Of a stretch of DNA of 64,000 nt, positions 47,749 through 56,573 are shown piece by piece (positions within the stretch are counted from its first letter, which is position 1; every line of letters begins with the position of its first letter). This DNA is from Candidatus Harrisonbacteria bacterium. Its GTDB lineage: Bacteria; Patescibacteriota; Minisyncoccia; UBA6257; UBA11618. Where the stretch lies: positions 80,052 to 144,051 of the forward strand of contig VGJO01000001.1 of the NCBI GenBank assembly GCA_016867415.1, given 5' to 3'. The notes under the pieces were generated by a model. It was not told the origin of the DNA and ran no database searches. It saw nothing but the letters and a program-made list of their open reading frames with translations. A program made the position numbers and the translations under genes.

Positions 47749-47870
47749 GCGAAGTAATTTTGGATGGAGTTTGCGATTTCTTTTCGAGGACAAGCCCGGA
47801 GCATACTAAAGGAAGTATGTGAGGACTTACCGGAGAAAAAAATCGCAAAATCCGCCAAAAGTACGAGCGC
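47749..47870 (+). repeat. Long-hairpin repeat family copy
   Basis: Same as 44028-44148 except the apical loop and one stem base; abuts the stop of the minus-strand GT. Confidence 0.95.
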
Positions 47871-48929
47871 CTAAGAAAAATTAAACATTACTTCATAAAT
47901 CGCTTCCGCAAGATGCTCCACACTATGCTCTCTCACAACAAGCTCCCTGAAATACTTTCTCATCTCTTCTTTTTCTATTTCCTTTAAAGAAAGAAGTGTG
48001 TCTATAGCTTTTCCAACTTGATCGGCCTTCTCGTTATTTTTTATAAAAAGATACCCCTGCCATTTCTTAGGGATAAGAGGAAGGAACGAAGGGTTAGAAG
48101 TGAGTACGAGGCATCCCGCCGCCATCGCTTCTAAGACACTTTTATCAAAAGATCCTTTCGGAGTGAAATTAAAAAGAATCTCCGCTTTCTGAAAATAAAA
48201 AGGAATAGCATTATAAGGTTTTGCCCCCAGAAAAAGCACCTCTTTTTCATTATTTCCTACAGATATCTTTTCTTTAAGGGATGATAAATACTTTCTATCT
48301 GTCTCACTCTTCGCTTCCCCAATTATCTGAAGCAATTCTGTTGCGTGCGATGCGTAGTAGCCCGTGATAATATTTTCTATTTTTTTCACATGAGTGATTC
48401 TGCCTAAAAAAAGAAGCGTGTCCCGTTTCTTTTCTGAGGGAGAGGAAAAAAGTTCAGTCTGAATCCCGTGTCCTACCGGGTATATTGGGGCTGATTGAAG
48501 TTGAAAAGTTTCTCGGGTGGAAGTAAACACTCCTTGGAGAAAAAAAGTAGAAAATCGCAAAAGAAGTCCTGGTTTGTAGCATGAAGTCTTCCAAAGGAAG
48601 ACCGGCTTATGGGTAAGTCGGAAAAACCAACCACCCAAAGCCGCATAGATTTCATTCATATGGACAAAGATCGCGTCATAATTCTTTCTTTCTTGAATGA
48701 TGAGTTGAAAGAAGCGAAAAAAAGCCTGTAATTTAGAAAAAAGTCCTCGTTCTCCCGACTTTCGGAGAGAAAAAAGCCGGACATTGATAGGGAGTGTTTC
48801 AGAAGAAGGAAAAAGACTAATGACTGTTATTTGGGAAAACTGCTTGCTAAAAGCCTGGACCAGGTAATAGGTATAGCCCAAGACATCATCATCTTTGTCG
48901 ATTTTTTGCGTAAAAAAGAGTATTCTCAT
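47871..48929 (-). CDS. Glycosyltransferase family 4
   Basis: TQKIDKDDDVLG, LGRITHVKKIE, GSFDKSVLEAMA. Confidence 0.9.
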   Translation of the reverse strand: MRILFFTQKIDKDDDVLGYTYYLVQAFSKQFSQITVISLFPSSETLPINVRLFSLRKSGERGLFSKLQAFFRFFQLIIQERKNYDAIFVHMNEIYAALGGWFFRLTHKPVFLWKTSCYKPGLLLRFSTFFLQGVFTSTRETFQLQSAPIYPVGHGIQTELFSSPSEKKRDTLLFLGRITHVKKIENIITGYYASHATELLQIIGEAKSETDRKYLSSLKEKISVGNNEKEVLFLGAKPYNAIPFYFQKAEILFNFTPKGSFDKSVLEAMAAGCLVLTSNPSFLPLIPKKWQGYLFIKNNEKADQVGKAIDTLLSLKEIEKEEMRKYFRELVVREHSVEHLAEAIYEVMFNFS

Positions 48930-48937
48930 AGCATTCT

Positions 48938-50770
48938 ATGTGCGCTATAAACGGCATTACCTGTAAAGATCAAAGACTGGTAGAGCAGATGAATGCGTGT
49001 CTCGCTCACCGCGGCCCTGATGGTACCGGTATTTTTGTGGACCCGATAATCACCCTGGGCCATAACCGCCTTTCTATTATTGATCTTACGAGTAATGCTT
49101 CTCAGCCTATGGTCTCCGCCTCCGGAGAAACAGTGATTTCTTTTAATGGCGAGATTTATAACTTCCGAGAGCTAAGAGAACTCTACTGCAAAAAGCAATC
49201 TTTTAAAAGCGCGAGCGACACTGAAGTAATAGTAAATCTTTATGAAATCCTGGGAGAAAAAGCCTTCTCTCTTTTGAATGGTATCTTTGCCTTCGCTCTC
49301 TTTGATAAAAAAAAGAAAAAACTTTTTCTTGTCCGTGACTCTTCAGGAGTAAAGCCTCTTTATTACTCTTGCTTGGGGGATGATGTGATCTTTTCCTCAG
49401 AAATAAAAGCCATTCTTGAAAATAAAGAAGTTCCCCGAAGGCTCAATCATGAGGCAACGGAATTTTATTTCCGCCTGGGGTTTGTCTCCGAAGAAGAAAC
49501 GCTTTTTAAAGATATTAGGAAAGTCAAAGCCGGCCATTATCTCGAGTATGACCTTGCAAAAAAAGTTTTCTCAATAAAAAAGTTTGCTGAATTTGCGATC
49601 AAAAAAGAAACCGGCAAAAAATCCGCCCCCGAGCTTGAGTCTTTAGTTCGAAACGCGGTGACACGACAGCTCGTCGCTGATGTGCCTGTCGGCGTCTATC
49701 TTTCCGGCGGTATTGATTCCAGTATTATTTTAGATGCAGTGGCGCGTACGATGACGAGTCCCAAGACCTACACCATTCGCTACGCTCTGGATAAAGACGA
49801 AGAGCCGGCAAAGTTCAATATCGACGCGGACGTGGCTTTGAGGACGAGTCGTCATTATGGCACCGATCATCATGAGCTTGTCATCTCCTCCGAAGATGTG
49901 TTGGCTAATTTTGAAGCCGCTATTTCTCACGCAGATGAGCCCATCGCTCATCCCACCTCTGTTCCCATGTTTCTTCTCTCTAAAGAAGCCAAAAAGACCG
50001 TGACCGTGATTCTGACCGGCGATGGGGGAGACGAATTATTTGGTGGCTATGAACGCTATCGTACTCTGCGTAAAATCCTTTTATATCAGAAGCTTATCCC
50101 TGAAAATCTTCGGAGTATTTTAACAAAAATACACCCCGCTCTTTCTAAGGTGAAGAGTGGTAAACCTTTAGATATCTTCGGTCTTCTTTGGTTTTCTAAG
50201 TCTCCGCTTGAAAAGATTGTAAAAAGTGAATTTCTTGATAATAAACTGATAAGAAGTATTTACTCTCCTTATCTTGCTGATAAGAGTGATCTCCATCTTA
50301 TTGAGCGCTTCATGATAGCGGAAAAAAATACTTGGCTCATCGATTTTCACCTCAATCTCGCTGACAAAATGGCTATGGCGCATGGCGTGGAAAATCGCGT
50401 GCCTTTCCTCGACAAAGAGGTGATAGAATTCGCCGAGCGTCTTCCTCTCTCGCAAAAAGTTTCTTTCTTTGATCGGAAAATCCTTTTAAAGCGGGCTTTT
50501 CGTCACTCTCTTCCCGAAGAGCTTTTTCACCTCCCTAAGCGCGGTTGGATCTCTCCCGGCGCCAAATGGCTCCGCCACCCCCGCTTCATTGGCTTTGCTA
50601 AAGAAATTTTATCTCCTTCCTATCATTCCAGCACCGCCGATCTTTTTTACTGGCCTGAGATTGAACGCATCCTAAGAAGTCATATAGAAAAAAAAGAGTA
50701 CAATCTCAATCTCATCTGGCAACTCCTCACTTTCCAAGTCTGGGCCAAGAGCTTCCACATCACTTTATAA
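48938..50770 (+). CDS. asnB: Asparagine-synthase-like glutamine amidotransferase (glycan amidation type)
   Basis: MCAING, HRGPD, FNGEIYN, LSGGIDSS, GDGGDELFGGY, RVPFLD. Confidence 0.9.
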   Translation: MCAINGITCKDQRLVEQMNACLAHRGPDGTGIFVDPIITLGHNRLSIIDLTSNASQPMVSASGETVISFNGEIYNFRELRELYCKKQSFKSASDTEVIVNLYEILGEKAFSLLNGIFAFALFDKKKKKLFLVRDSSGVKPLYYSCLGDDVIFSSEIKAILENKEVPRRLNHEATEFYFRLGFVSEEETLFKDIRKVKAGHYLEYDLAKKVFSIKKFAEFAIKKETGKKSAPELESLVRNAVTRQLVADVPVGVYLSGGIDSSIILDAVARTMTSPKTYTIRYALDKDEEPAKFNIDADVALRTSRHYGTDHHELVISSEDVLANFEAAISHADEPIAHPTSVPMFLLSKEAKKTVTVILTGDGGDELFGGYERYRTLRKILLYQKLIPENLRSILTKIHPALSKVKSGKPLDIFGLLWFSKSPLEKIVKSEFLDNKLIRSIYSPYLADKSDLHLIERFMIAEKNTWLIDFHLNLADKMAMAHGVENRVPFLDKEVIEFAERLPLSQKVSFFDRKILLKRAFRHSLPEELFHLPKRGWISPGAKWLRHPRFIGFAKEILSPSYHSSTADLFYWPEIERILRSHIEKKEYNLNLIWQLLTFQVWAKSFHITL

Positions 50771-50777
50771 AAGTATT

Positions 50778-50806
50778 GTCATTCCGGACCCCGAGCCGGA
50801 ATCCAG
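50778..50806 (+). repeat. Short REP-like palindrome
   Basis: GTCATTCCGGACCCCGAGCCGGAATCCAG after a stop codon. Confidence 0.75.
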
Positions 50807-50822
50807 TACATTATGTAAACTT

Positions 50823-51764
50823 ATGACCCTCTCTCTCATCCTCCCTATCTACAACGAAGAAAAAAATCTCCCCTCATTATTTGAGCGTATAGAAAAAGTG
50901 ATGAGTGACGGCAGGTATGATTACGAAGTCATTGCTATAGATGATGGCTCAAAAGATAGTAGCCTGCAGTTTCTAAAAAAAGTGGCTGGAGAAAACCTTC
51001 GTTGGAAGTTAATCAGCTTTTATAAGAATTATGGTCAGACCGCCGCCCTCCAAGGAGGGATAGAGCACGCGAGCGGCGACATCATCATCCCTCTCGATAG
51101 TGATCTTGAAAATCATCCCGAAGATATTCCCCTCCTTCTTCAAAAAATGAGGGAGGGTTATGATCTAGTTTCCGGTTGGCGCCTGGATCGCTGGCGGGAA
51201 AATCCTCTTTCTCGCCGCCTACCCTCGCTCATCGCTAACAAAATTATTTCTTTTGTCACCGGTATTTCTCTCCATGACTATGGCTGCACGCTCAAAGCGT
51301 ATAAAAGAGAAGTTATCGTCGATCTTCCTCTCTACGGAGAAATGCATAGATTTCTTCCTGCTTATGCCGCCCGGCGCGGCGCAAAAATCACCGAAATTCC
51401 CGTACGCTACAGCCCCCGCGCTTCTGGCAAGAGTAATTACGGGCTCTCCCGCACCTTCCGCGTCCTCCTCGATCTCCTCGTCATCCACTTTCTCGATCGC
51501 TACCTTGACCGCCCCATTCATTTTTTCGGGGGCGGGGGATTGTTGTTTATCTTTGGAAGTCTCCTCTCGGGCCTCTACGCGATTTACTTGAAAGCATTTG
51601 CGGGCACGAGCCTTATCCGCACCCCGCTTCCTATCCTAAGTGCCTTCTTGTTTCTCTCTGGCTTTAACTTTATCCTTATGGGACTTATCTCCGAGCTCCT
51701 TATCCGCACCCATACCCCACTCTCCCCAAAAAACTCAAAAATAAAAGAGAAAGTTAATTTCTAA
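50823..51764 (+). CDS. GT2 polyprenyl-phosphate glycosyltransferase (ArnC/GtrB-like)
   Basis: PIYNEE, IDDGSKD, NYGQTAA, LDSDLEN, DYGCTLKAY, GEMHRFLP, two C-terminal TMs. Confidence 0.9.
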   Translation: MTLSLILPIYNEEKNLPSLFERIEKVMSDGRYDYEVIAIDDGSKDSSLQFLKKVAGENLRWKLISFYKNYGQTAALQGGIEHASGDIIIPLDSDLENHPEDIPLLLQKMREGYDLVSGWRLDRWRENPLSRRLPSLIANKIISFVTGISLHDYGCTLKAYKREVIVDLPLYGEMHRFLPAYAARRGAKITEIPVRYSPRASGKSNYGLSRTFRVLLDLLVIHFLDRYLDRPIHFFGGGGLLFIFGSLLSGLYAIYLKAFAGTSLIRTPLPILSAFLFLSGFNFILMGLISELLIRTHTPLSPKNSKIKEKVNF

Positions 51765-51829
51765 GATTCGGGATTGAGAAAATCTTTGCCAAATACCCAA
51801 TTATCATTAAAATATTCAAAATCTCTGAA

Positions 51830-52651
51830 ATGTTTAATAAAGACTTATTTCTTTTGCAAAAAGTTACAAACACAGACGTCATTCATACGCCTTTTCCTTA
51901 TTTTGTAATAAAAAATGCATTACCCGAAAATATTGTTTCTGAACTCGTAAAAAAATTTCCTTCAACTGGAAAAATAACCAAAGGACAGAGGTACGGGAGT
52001 AATGAACGTTTTGATTATACGATAACTGATGCTGCTTCTGATTCAAGCCTCGATTCTCTATGGATAGATTTCTTAGATACGAATAGTTCAGATGTTTTTT
52101 ATGAAAAAATATTTGAGTTATTCGATAAAGATATTGCTCAGCTGTATCCCGAATTAAGTTTCCGAAAAAATAATAATTATTTAAAAAAAGGAATTCGTTA
52201 TCAAGATCCGCTTTGGGAAGACTCTATTAATTTTGATTGCCATATCTCAATAAATACCCCAGTAACAGAAAAACCTACCTCGGTAAGAAAAGTGCATGTT
52301 GATGATCCTAAAAAACTTTTCGGAGGTCTTTGGTATTTGAGAGATGATGACGATCAAAGCACGGGAGGTGATCTGGAGCTCTACGAATACATAAGAACTC
52401 CTAAAATGTTTGGGCAGCAAGTCTATGAAAACAGAGTGAAAAAAATAAAGACCGTGCCATACGAGAAAAATCTTCTTATTATATTTTTGAATTCTTTTAA
52501 TTCTCTGCACGGAGTCACTATAAGGGGAAAAACAGAAAAAACAAGAAAATTTGTAAACGTGGTGGCCGAATTAAAAAATTCTCTTTTTGATATAAATAGT
52601 TTTCAAGAAAATTTTATAGAAAGAAAAATAAGGCAAATGATAAGCAGTTAA
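51830..52651 (+). CDS. 2OG-Fe(II) oxygenase superfamily protein
   Basis: PFPYFVIKNALP, HVD, GGDLELY, SLHGVT, RKFVN. Confidence 0.78.
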   Translation: MFNKDLFLLQKVTNTDVIHTPFPYFVIKNALPENIVSELVKKFPSTGKITKGQRYGSNERFDYTITDAASDSSLDSLWIDFLDTNSSDVFYEKIFELFDKDIAQLYPELSFRKNNNYLKKGIRYQDPLWEDSINFDCHISINTPVTEKPTSVRKVHVDDPKKLFGGLWYLRDDDDQSTGGDLELYEYIRTPKMFGQQVYENRVKKIKTVPYEKNLLIIFLNSFNSLHGVTIRGKTEKTRKFVNVVAELKNSLFDINSFQENFIERKIRQMISS

Positions 52652-52672
52652 TAAAATAAAGATTAGCTTGAT

Positions 52673-53458
52673 ATGTTTCAAAAAATAACGAAAACTATTT
52701 ATCGAATTCTAATCCCATCTTTTATAGAAAGGGGAGCTGATCCGGAAAAAGAGAGCTTAAGAAAATTTATAGAAACGGTAGCGGCAAAAGAAATAAGAGC
52801 GAAAGAGCGGATGTTAGATGCCGGAGCTGGGTTTAAAAGATATGAGGGTTTTTTTAAGCACGCAATATATGAATCGACTGATTTTGAAGATATTTTCAAT
52901 AAAGATTTTAAAAATAAACACACATTCGTTTGTAGTCTAGATAATATCCCAGTGGCTGATAATACATACGATGCAATTATAAATAATCAGGTTCTGGAGC
53001 ACGTAAAGTATCCTAAAAAAGTTTTAGAAGAGCTATTTCGAATACTAAAGCCTGGAGGGAAGATATTTGTTACGGTCCCTCAAATCTCTCATGTCCACGG
53101 AGCGCCTTACAATTTTTTCTTTTTTACTAATTTCGGCTTAGAACTTCTTCTAAAAGAGACAGGTTTCAGAATCATTTCTATTAAACCTCGAGGAGGTATC
53201 TTTTTTGTGATTGCTAAATGGATGAATGTCTTTTCCGATTATTTGTTCTATCAGCACGTCTTTAATGGATGGAAGAGAAATATCTCTTTCAAACCTGAAA
53301 AAACAGGCAGGGTAAAATTTTATCTTTTATTCCCTTTTTATTTTATTTCTAGAATAGTGATTGGCGAGTGGGGCGCTTATTGCGTCTCAAAGTTAGATTT
53401 TCTAGATAAGCAGAAAAACTTCACTCTTGGTTATTCTGTTTATTGTATAAAGCCTTAA
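52673..53458 (+). CDS. Class I SAM-dependent methyltransferase
   Basis: MLDAGAG, QVLEHV, RILKPGG. Confidence 0.9.
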   Translation: MFQKITKTIYRILIPSFIERGADPEKESLRKFIETVAAKEIRAKERMLDAGAGFKRYEGFFKHAIYESTDFEDIFNKDFKNKHTFVCSLDNIPVADNTYDAIINNQVLEHVKYPKKVLEELFRILKPGGKIFVTVPQISHVHGAPYNFFFFTNFGLELLLKETGFRIISIKPRGGIFFVIAKWMNVFSDYLFYQHVFNGWKRNISFKPEKTGRVKFYLLFPFYFISRIVIGEWGAYCVSKLDFLDKQKNFTLGYSVYCIKP

Positions 53459-53465
53459 TCTCTCG

Positions 53466-54722
53466 TTATATTTTCCTGATAAATAAAATAAGAAGTACCC
53501 AACCCGCCAACTTTGAAAAGATCCGGGCAAAAATTAAGCCGGGAATCTGGAAGAAATAAACCCCAATAACAAGAAAAAGTATTTTTATGACACTGCTGTA
53601 AGTAGTGAGTTTGTATTTATCTAATATTCTCCTTTGGGAATCAAAAAATGAAATAGGTACTACGGAAGAGAGGAGTATTGTTACCGCATATAATTTAGAG
53701 TAATAAATTGAATTCTGATAAAGAGGAAAGAAAAAGCGGATAAGAAAATCTGCGGAATATAGATAGAAAAGAAAAATAGTGATAAGGGGAATAAAAAAGA
53801 GCGTTTCTTTTTTAAGAAGGTTTGATTTCACGTCTCTCCTGTCCCGAGCAGCGAATCTCGGAATAAGGAGAGACATGAGTTTTTTTGCTACCGATTGGAA
53901 GTAATTTGGAAAAAGAGTGGTAAAGTTATAAATAGCTAACTGAGTTGCCCCTAAAAATTGAAATACAAGCACCCCATCAATTTTGTCAGCTATTGCAGCA
54001 ATCCCATTAATAAAAGTGAGGTGAAAGGAAAGATCTTGGGATTCTTGAGTTTCTTTCGTTGTAACGGGAGAAATATTTTGTGTTATAAGTCTTTTTCTTG
54101 TAAGAGCGTAGCCGATAAAAGAGATGATTACTCTTGGGGCAAAAAAAGCCGTAATGAGAAAAAAGATGCTCTGTGAAAAAAAGATGGCAGAAGAAAGAGT
54201 AAATGTTCCAAAAAGATTTCCATAGAATTGATAAAGAGTAAGGAGTCTAAAATTCTTTTCTCCATTAAGAGTCGCAGAAAAAACCTCAAAGATTTTAAGA
54301 AGGTAGTTAGCAAGCGCGATTATGAGTAAACTGAGTCCAAAATCAATATTTTTGTTGTAGAAGTAATAAATTGATGCTCCTATGGTAATTATGAGAAAAG
54401 GAATATTCCATTTGACCGCCTGATTATAAGCGCTGAAGAAAACCTCTTTCTTGCCTCGAGCTACCGATCGCACCACTGCTGGAGAAAGCCCAGTGAGTGA
54501 AAAGGCTAAAAAAATTCCTAATAATGACTGAATGTATTTATATTGGCCAAAAATTTCTGGAGGAAGTTTGTTGCCTAGAAAATATGTAGTGATAAAACTT
54601 AGAAGAGTGGCGGTAATGATGTCAAAAGCTATCCAAAATCCCCCTTTCGCTAAGTAAAGAGCGTCAAATTTAAATAACCTTCCTAGCGTAGTAAGAAGGG
54701 AATGAGTCTGCCGTTTAATCAT
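53466..54722 (-). CDS. Wzx-type oligosaccharide flippase
   Basis: About 12 TMs, LPPEIFGQYKY, DKID...FLGATQLAIY. Confidence 0.85.
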   Translation of the reverse strand: MIKRQTHSLLTTLGRLFKFDALYLAKGGFWIAFDIITATLLSFITTYFLGNKLPPEIFGQYKYIQSLLGIFLAFSLTGLSPAVVRSVARGKKEVFFSAYNQAVKWNIPFLIITIGASIYYFYNKNIDFGLSLLIIALANYLLKIFEVFSATLNGEKNFRLLTLYQFYGNLFGTFTLSSAIFFSQSIFFLITAFFAPRVIISFIGYALTRKRLITQNISPVTTKETQESQDLSFHLTFINGIAAIADKIDGVLVFQFLGATQLAIYNFTTLFPNYFQSVAKKLMSLLIPRFAARDRRDVKSNLLKKETLFFIPLITIFLFYLYSADFLIRFFFPLYQNSIYYSKLYAVTILLSSVVPISFFDSQRRILDKYKLTTYSSVIKILFLVIGVYFFQIPGLIFARIFSKLAGWVLLILFIRKI

Positions 54723-55590
54723 TGGTAAGCGAGGAAATCATTAATAAAAAATCTTTCCGAACAAAGCTTTTTTTTATTGCTTCCTGTATCATATCTTCCG
54801 TTATAAAATTTTGATCAAGCGCTTCCTTAGCTAAAGAAAAAAAGAATCGCTCTATTTTTTTATCCGGATGAGGCTGGTAAGTATTGGGAATTTTACCCAA
54901 TAATCGAAAGAATGGTTCTCGAGGGATAATCCCAAAAAACTTTGGTAAGGGGTTCATTGTGAAGTCTATTGGTAATCCTGTTTTCCAAGGTTGAGTGAGG
55001 CGGTTGGTAGTATGAAGAAGTTTAGTTTCTGAGGTAAGAGTGTCCAGATTATTCCATATTCGCGACAAAGGAAGAATGCTCTTTTCTTTCTTAAGAGTCA
55101 TTATTGAATCATAATCCTCCCGTTTTTCTTCAAGATCAGCGAGCATTTTCTCTAAAGAGATCTGAGAGAGTTTCTCACAATCCATTATCATCACGCTCGT
55201 ATCCCAAGCGTTCTTTCTCGGGCAACAGGCAATAGCCTTCCCTTCTAGATTCATAAAAAAAAGTTCTCCGATATTTTGTACGGCGAAGATATCAGGATCT
55301 ATTACCACTGCTCTTCCTTTATATCCCATTAATTGAGGTGGTATAAAACGAGAAAGAGTAAATGACTGAAGGTCATTGGGGTTGTAAGTTACCAGTTTTC
55401 CTTTCCTAAAATATGTTTTACCCGAAAATCTTTTAAATAAATCAAGCTCATCGACATTTACTATCTCAATTTCATAATCGTCACCTGCTTTTTTTGTCTT
55501 AGTCAGGGCAAAAGCGGCAAGAAGCGCTCCTATTTTCTGCTTATTATTTGCCTGAATAAATACCTTGCGTAAAACCGCCATATTCACCAT
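54715..55590 (-). CDS. GT-A fold (GT8-like) glycosyltransferase
   Basis: SFTLSRF.PP.LMGY.GRAVVIDPD (DxD), TSVMIMDC, WNNLD, LLHTT...QPWK. Confidence 0.7.
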   Translation of the reverse strand: MVNMAVLRKVFIQANNKQKIGALLAAFALTKTKKAGDDYEIEIVNVDELDLFKRFSGKTYFRKGKLVTYNPNDLQSFTLSRFIPPQLMGYKGRAVVIDPDIFAVQNIGELFFMNLEGKAIACCPRKNAWDTSVMIMDCEKLSQISLEKMLADLEEKREDYDSIMTLKKEKSILPLSRIWNNLDTLTSETKLLHTTNRLTQPWKTGLPIDFTMNPLPKFFGIIPREPFFRLLGKIPNTYQPHPDKKIERFFFSLAKEALDQNFITEDMIQEAIKKSFVRKDFLLMISSLTND

Positions 55591-55610
55591 AATACCTATG
55601 TTTTTTCACT

Positions 55611-56573
55611 ATGAAAAGCCGGAATAAAAACGAGTTAGGTGATTTTATAAAAACCCAAATTAAAGGGCTTTCTTCTATTCCTAAAGAAAATAGCGAAGAG
55701 TTAATAAAGAATATTATCAATATTTTAGTAAAAAAAGAGGGGAAAGTGGTTATCTCTGGTATTGGTAAGTCGGGTTTCGTTGGAAAAAAAATAGCTTCTA
55801 CCTTTTTAAGTTTTGGACTTGAAGCTTCTTTTCTTCATCCAGTAGAAGCGTTTCATGGTGATTTAGGGATGGTAAGAGGGTGCGATACTTTGATCTGCGT
55901 ATCAAACAGTGGTGAAACAAAAGAATTACTTCGTTTGTTGAATAATATCCCTTCGGAGTGCGCGGTAGTCACTATTACCGGAAACAAAAAAAGTTCTTTG
56001 GCAGAGAAGAGTCAGTTTGTCCTTAGTTATAAAGTAGAAGATGAGGGTTCTCCTCATAATCTAGCTCCTATGAGTAGCGTAATCGCTGCTATGGCGGTAG
56101 GGGATTTTTTAGCCGGTTCATATGCGAAAGTAGTTAATTTTTCTAAAAAGAATTTCTCCAAATTTCATCCCAGCGGTTTTTTGAATCTTAAAGCGGCTTC
56201 TGTAGCGACGCTTATGAAATCAGGAAAGGATATTCCTAAAGTCAGCCCCTCTTCTTCTTTGAAGGAGCTTATTAGAGAAATGTCGGGAAAAAAGTTAGGC
56301 GTCACGCTTGTGCTAGAAAAAGGGGTTTTGAAAGGAATTATTACCGACGGTGATTTGCGAAGATTCTTTGAGCGGTCAGATTTTTCATTTTCTGCCAAAG
56401 CGGAAAAAATCATGACGAAGAATCCTGCTTCTATAGATAAAGAAAAAAGCTTAAAAGAAGCCCTGGATATTTTAGAAAAGAAAAAAATAACTACTCTACC
56501 GGTAATGGATAAAAAGAGGATAGTAGGAATTCTTCATCTTCACGATGTAATAAGTTATGGAAAGACTAACTAG
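55611..56573 (+). CDS. KpsF/GutQ-family arabinose-5-phosphate isomerase (SIS + CBS)
   Basis: GIGKSGFVGKKIASTF, HPVEAFHGDLG, SNSGET, FHPSG, GIITDGDLRR. Confidence 0.92.
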   Translation: MKSRNKNELGDFIKTQIKGLSSIPKENSEELIKNIINILVKKEGKVVISGIGKSGFVGKKIASTFLSFGLEASFLHPVEAFHGDLGMVRGCDTLICVSNSGETKELLRLLNNIPSECAVVTITGNKKSSLAEKSQFVLSYKVEDEGSPHNLAPMSSVIAAMAVGDFLAGSYAKVVNFSKKNFSKFHPSGFLNLKAASVATLMKSGKDIPKVSPSSSLKELIREMSGKKLGVTLVLEKGVLKGIITDGDLRRFFERSDFSFSAKAEKIMTKNPASIDKEKSLKEALDILEKKKITTLPVMDKKRIVGILHLHDVISYGKTN

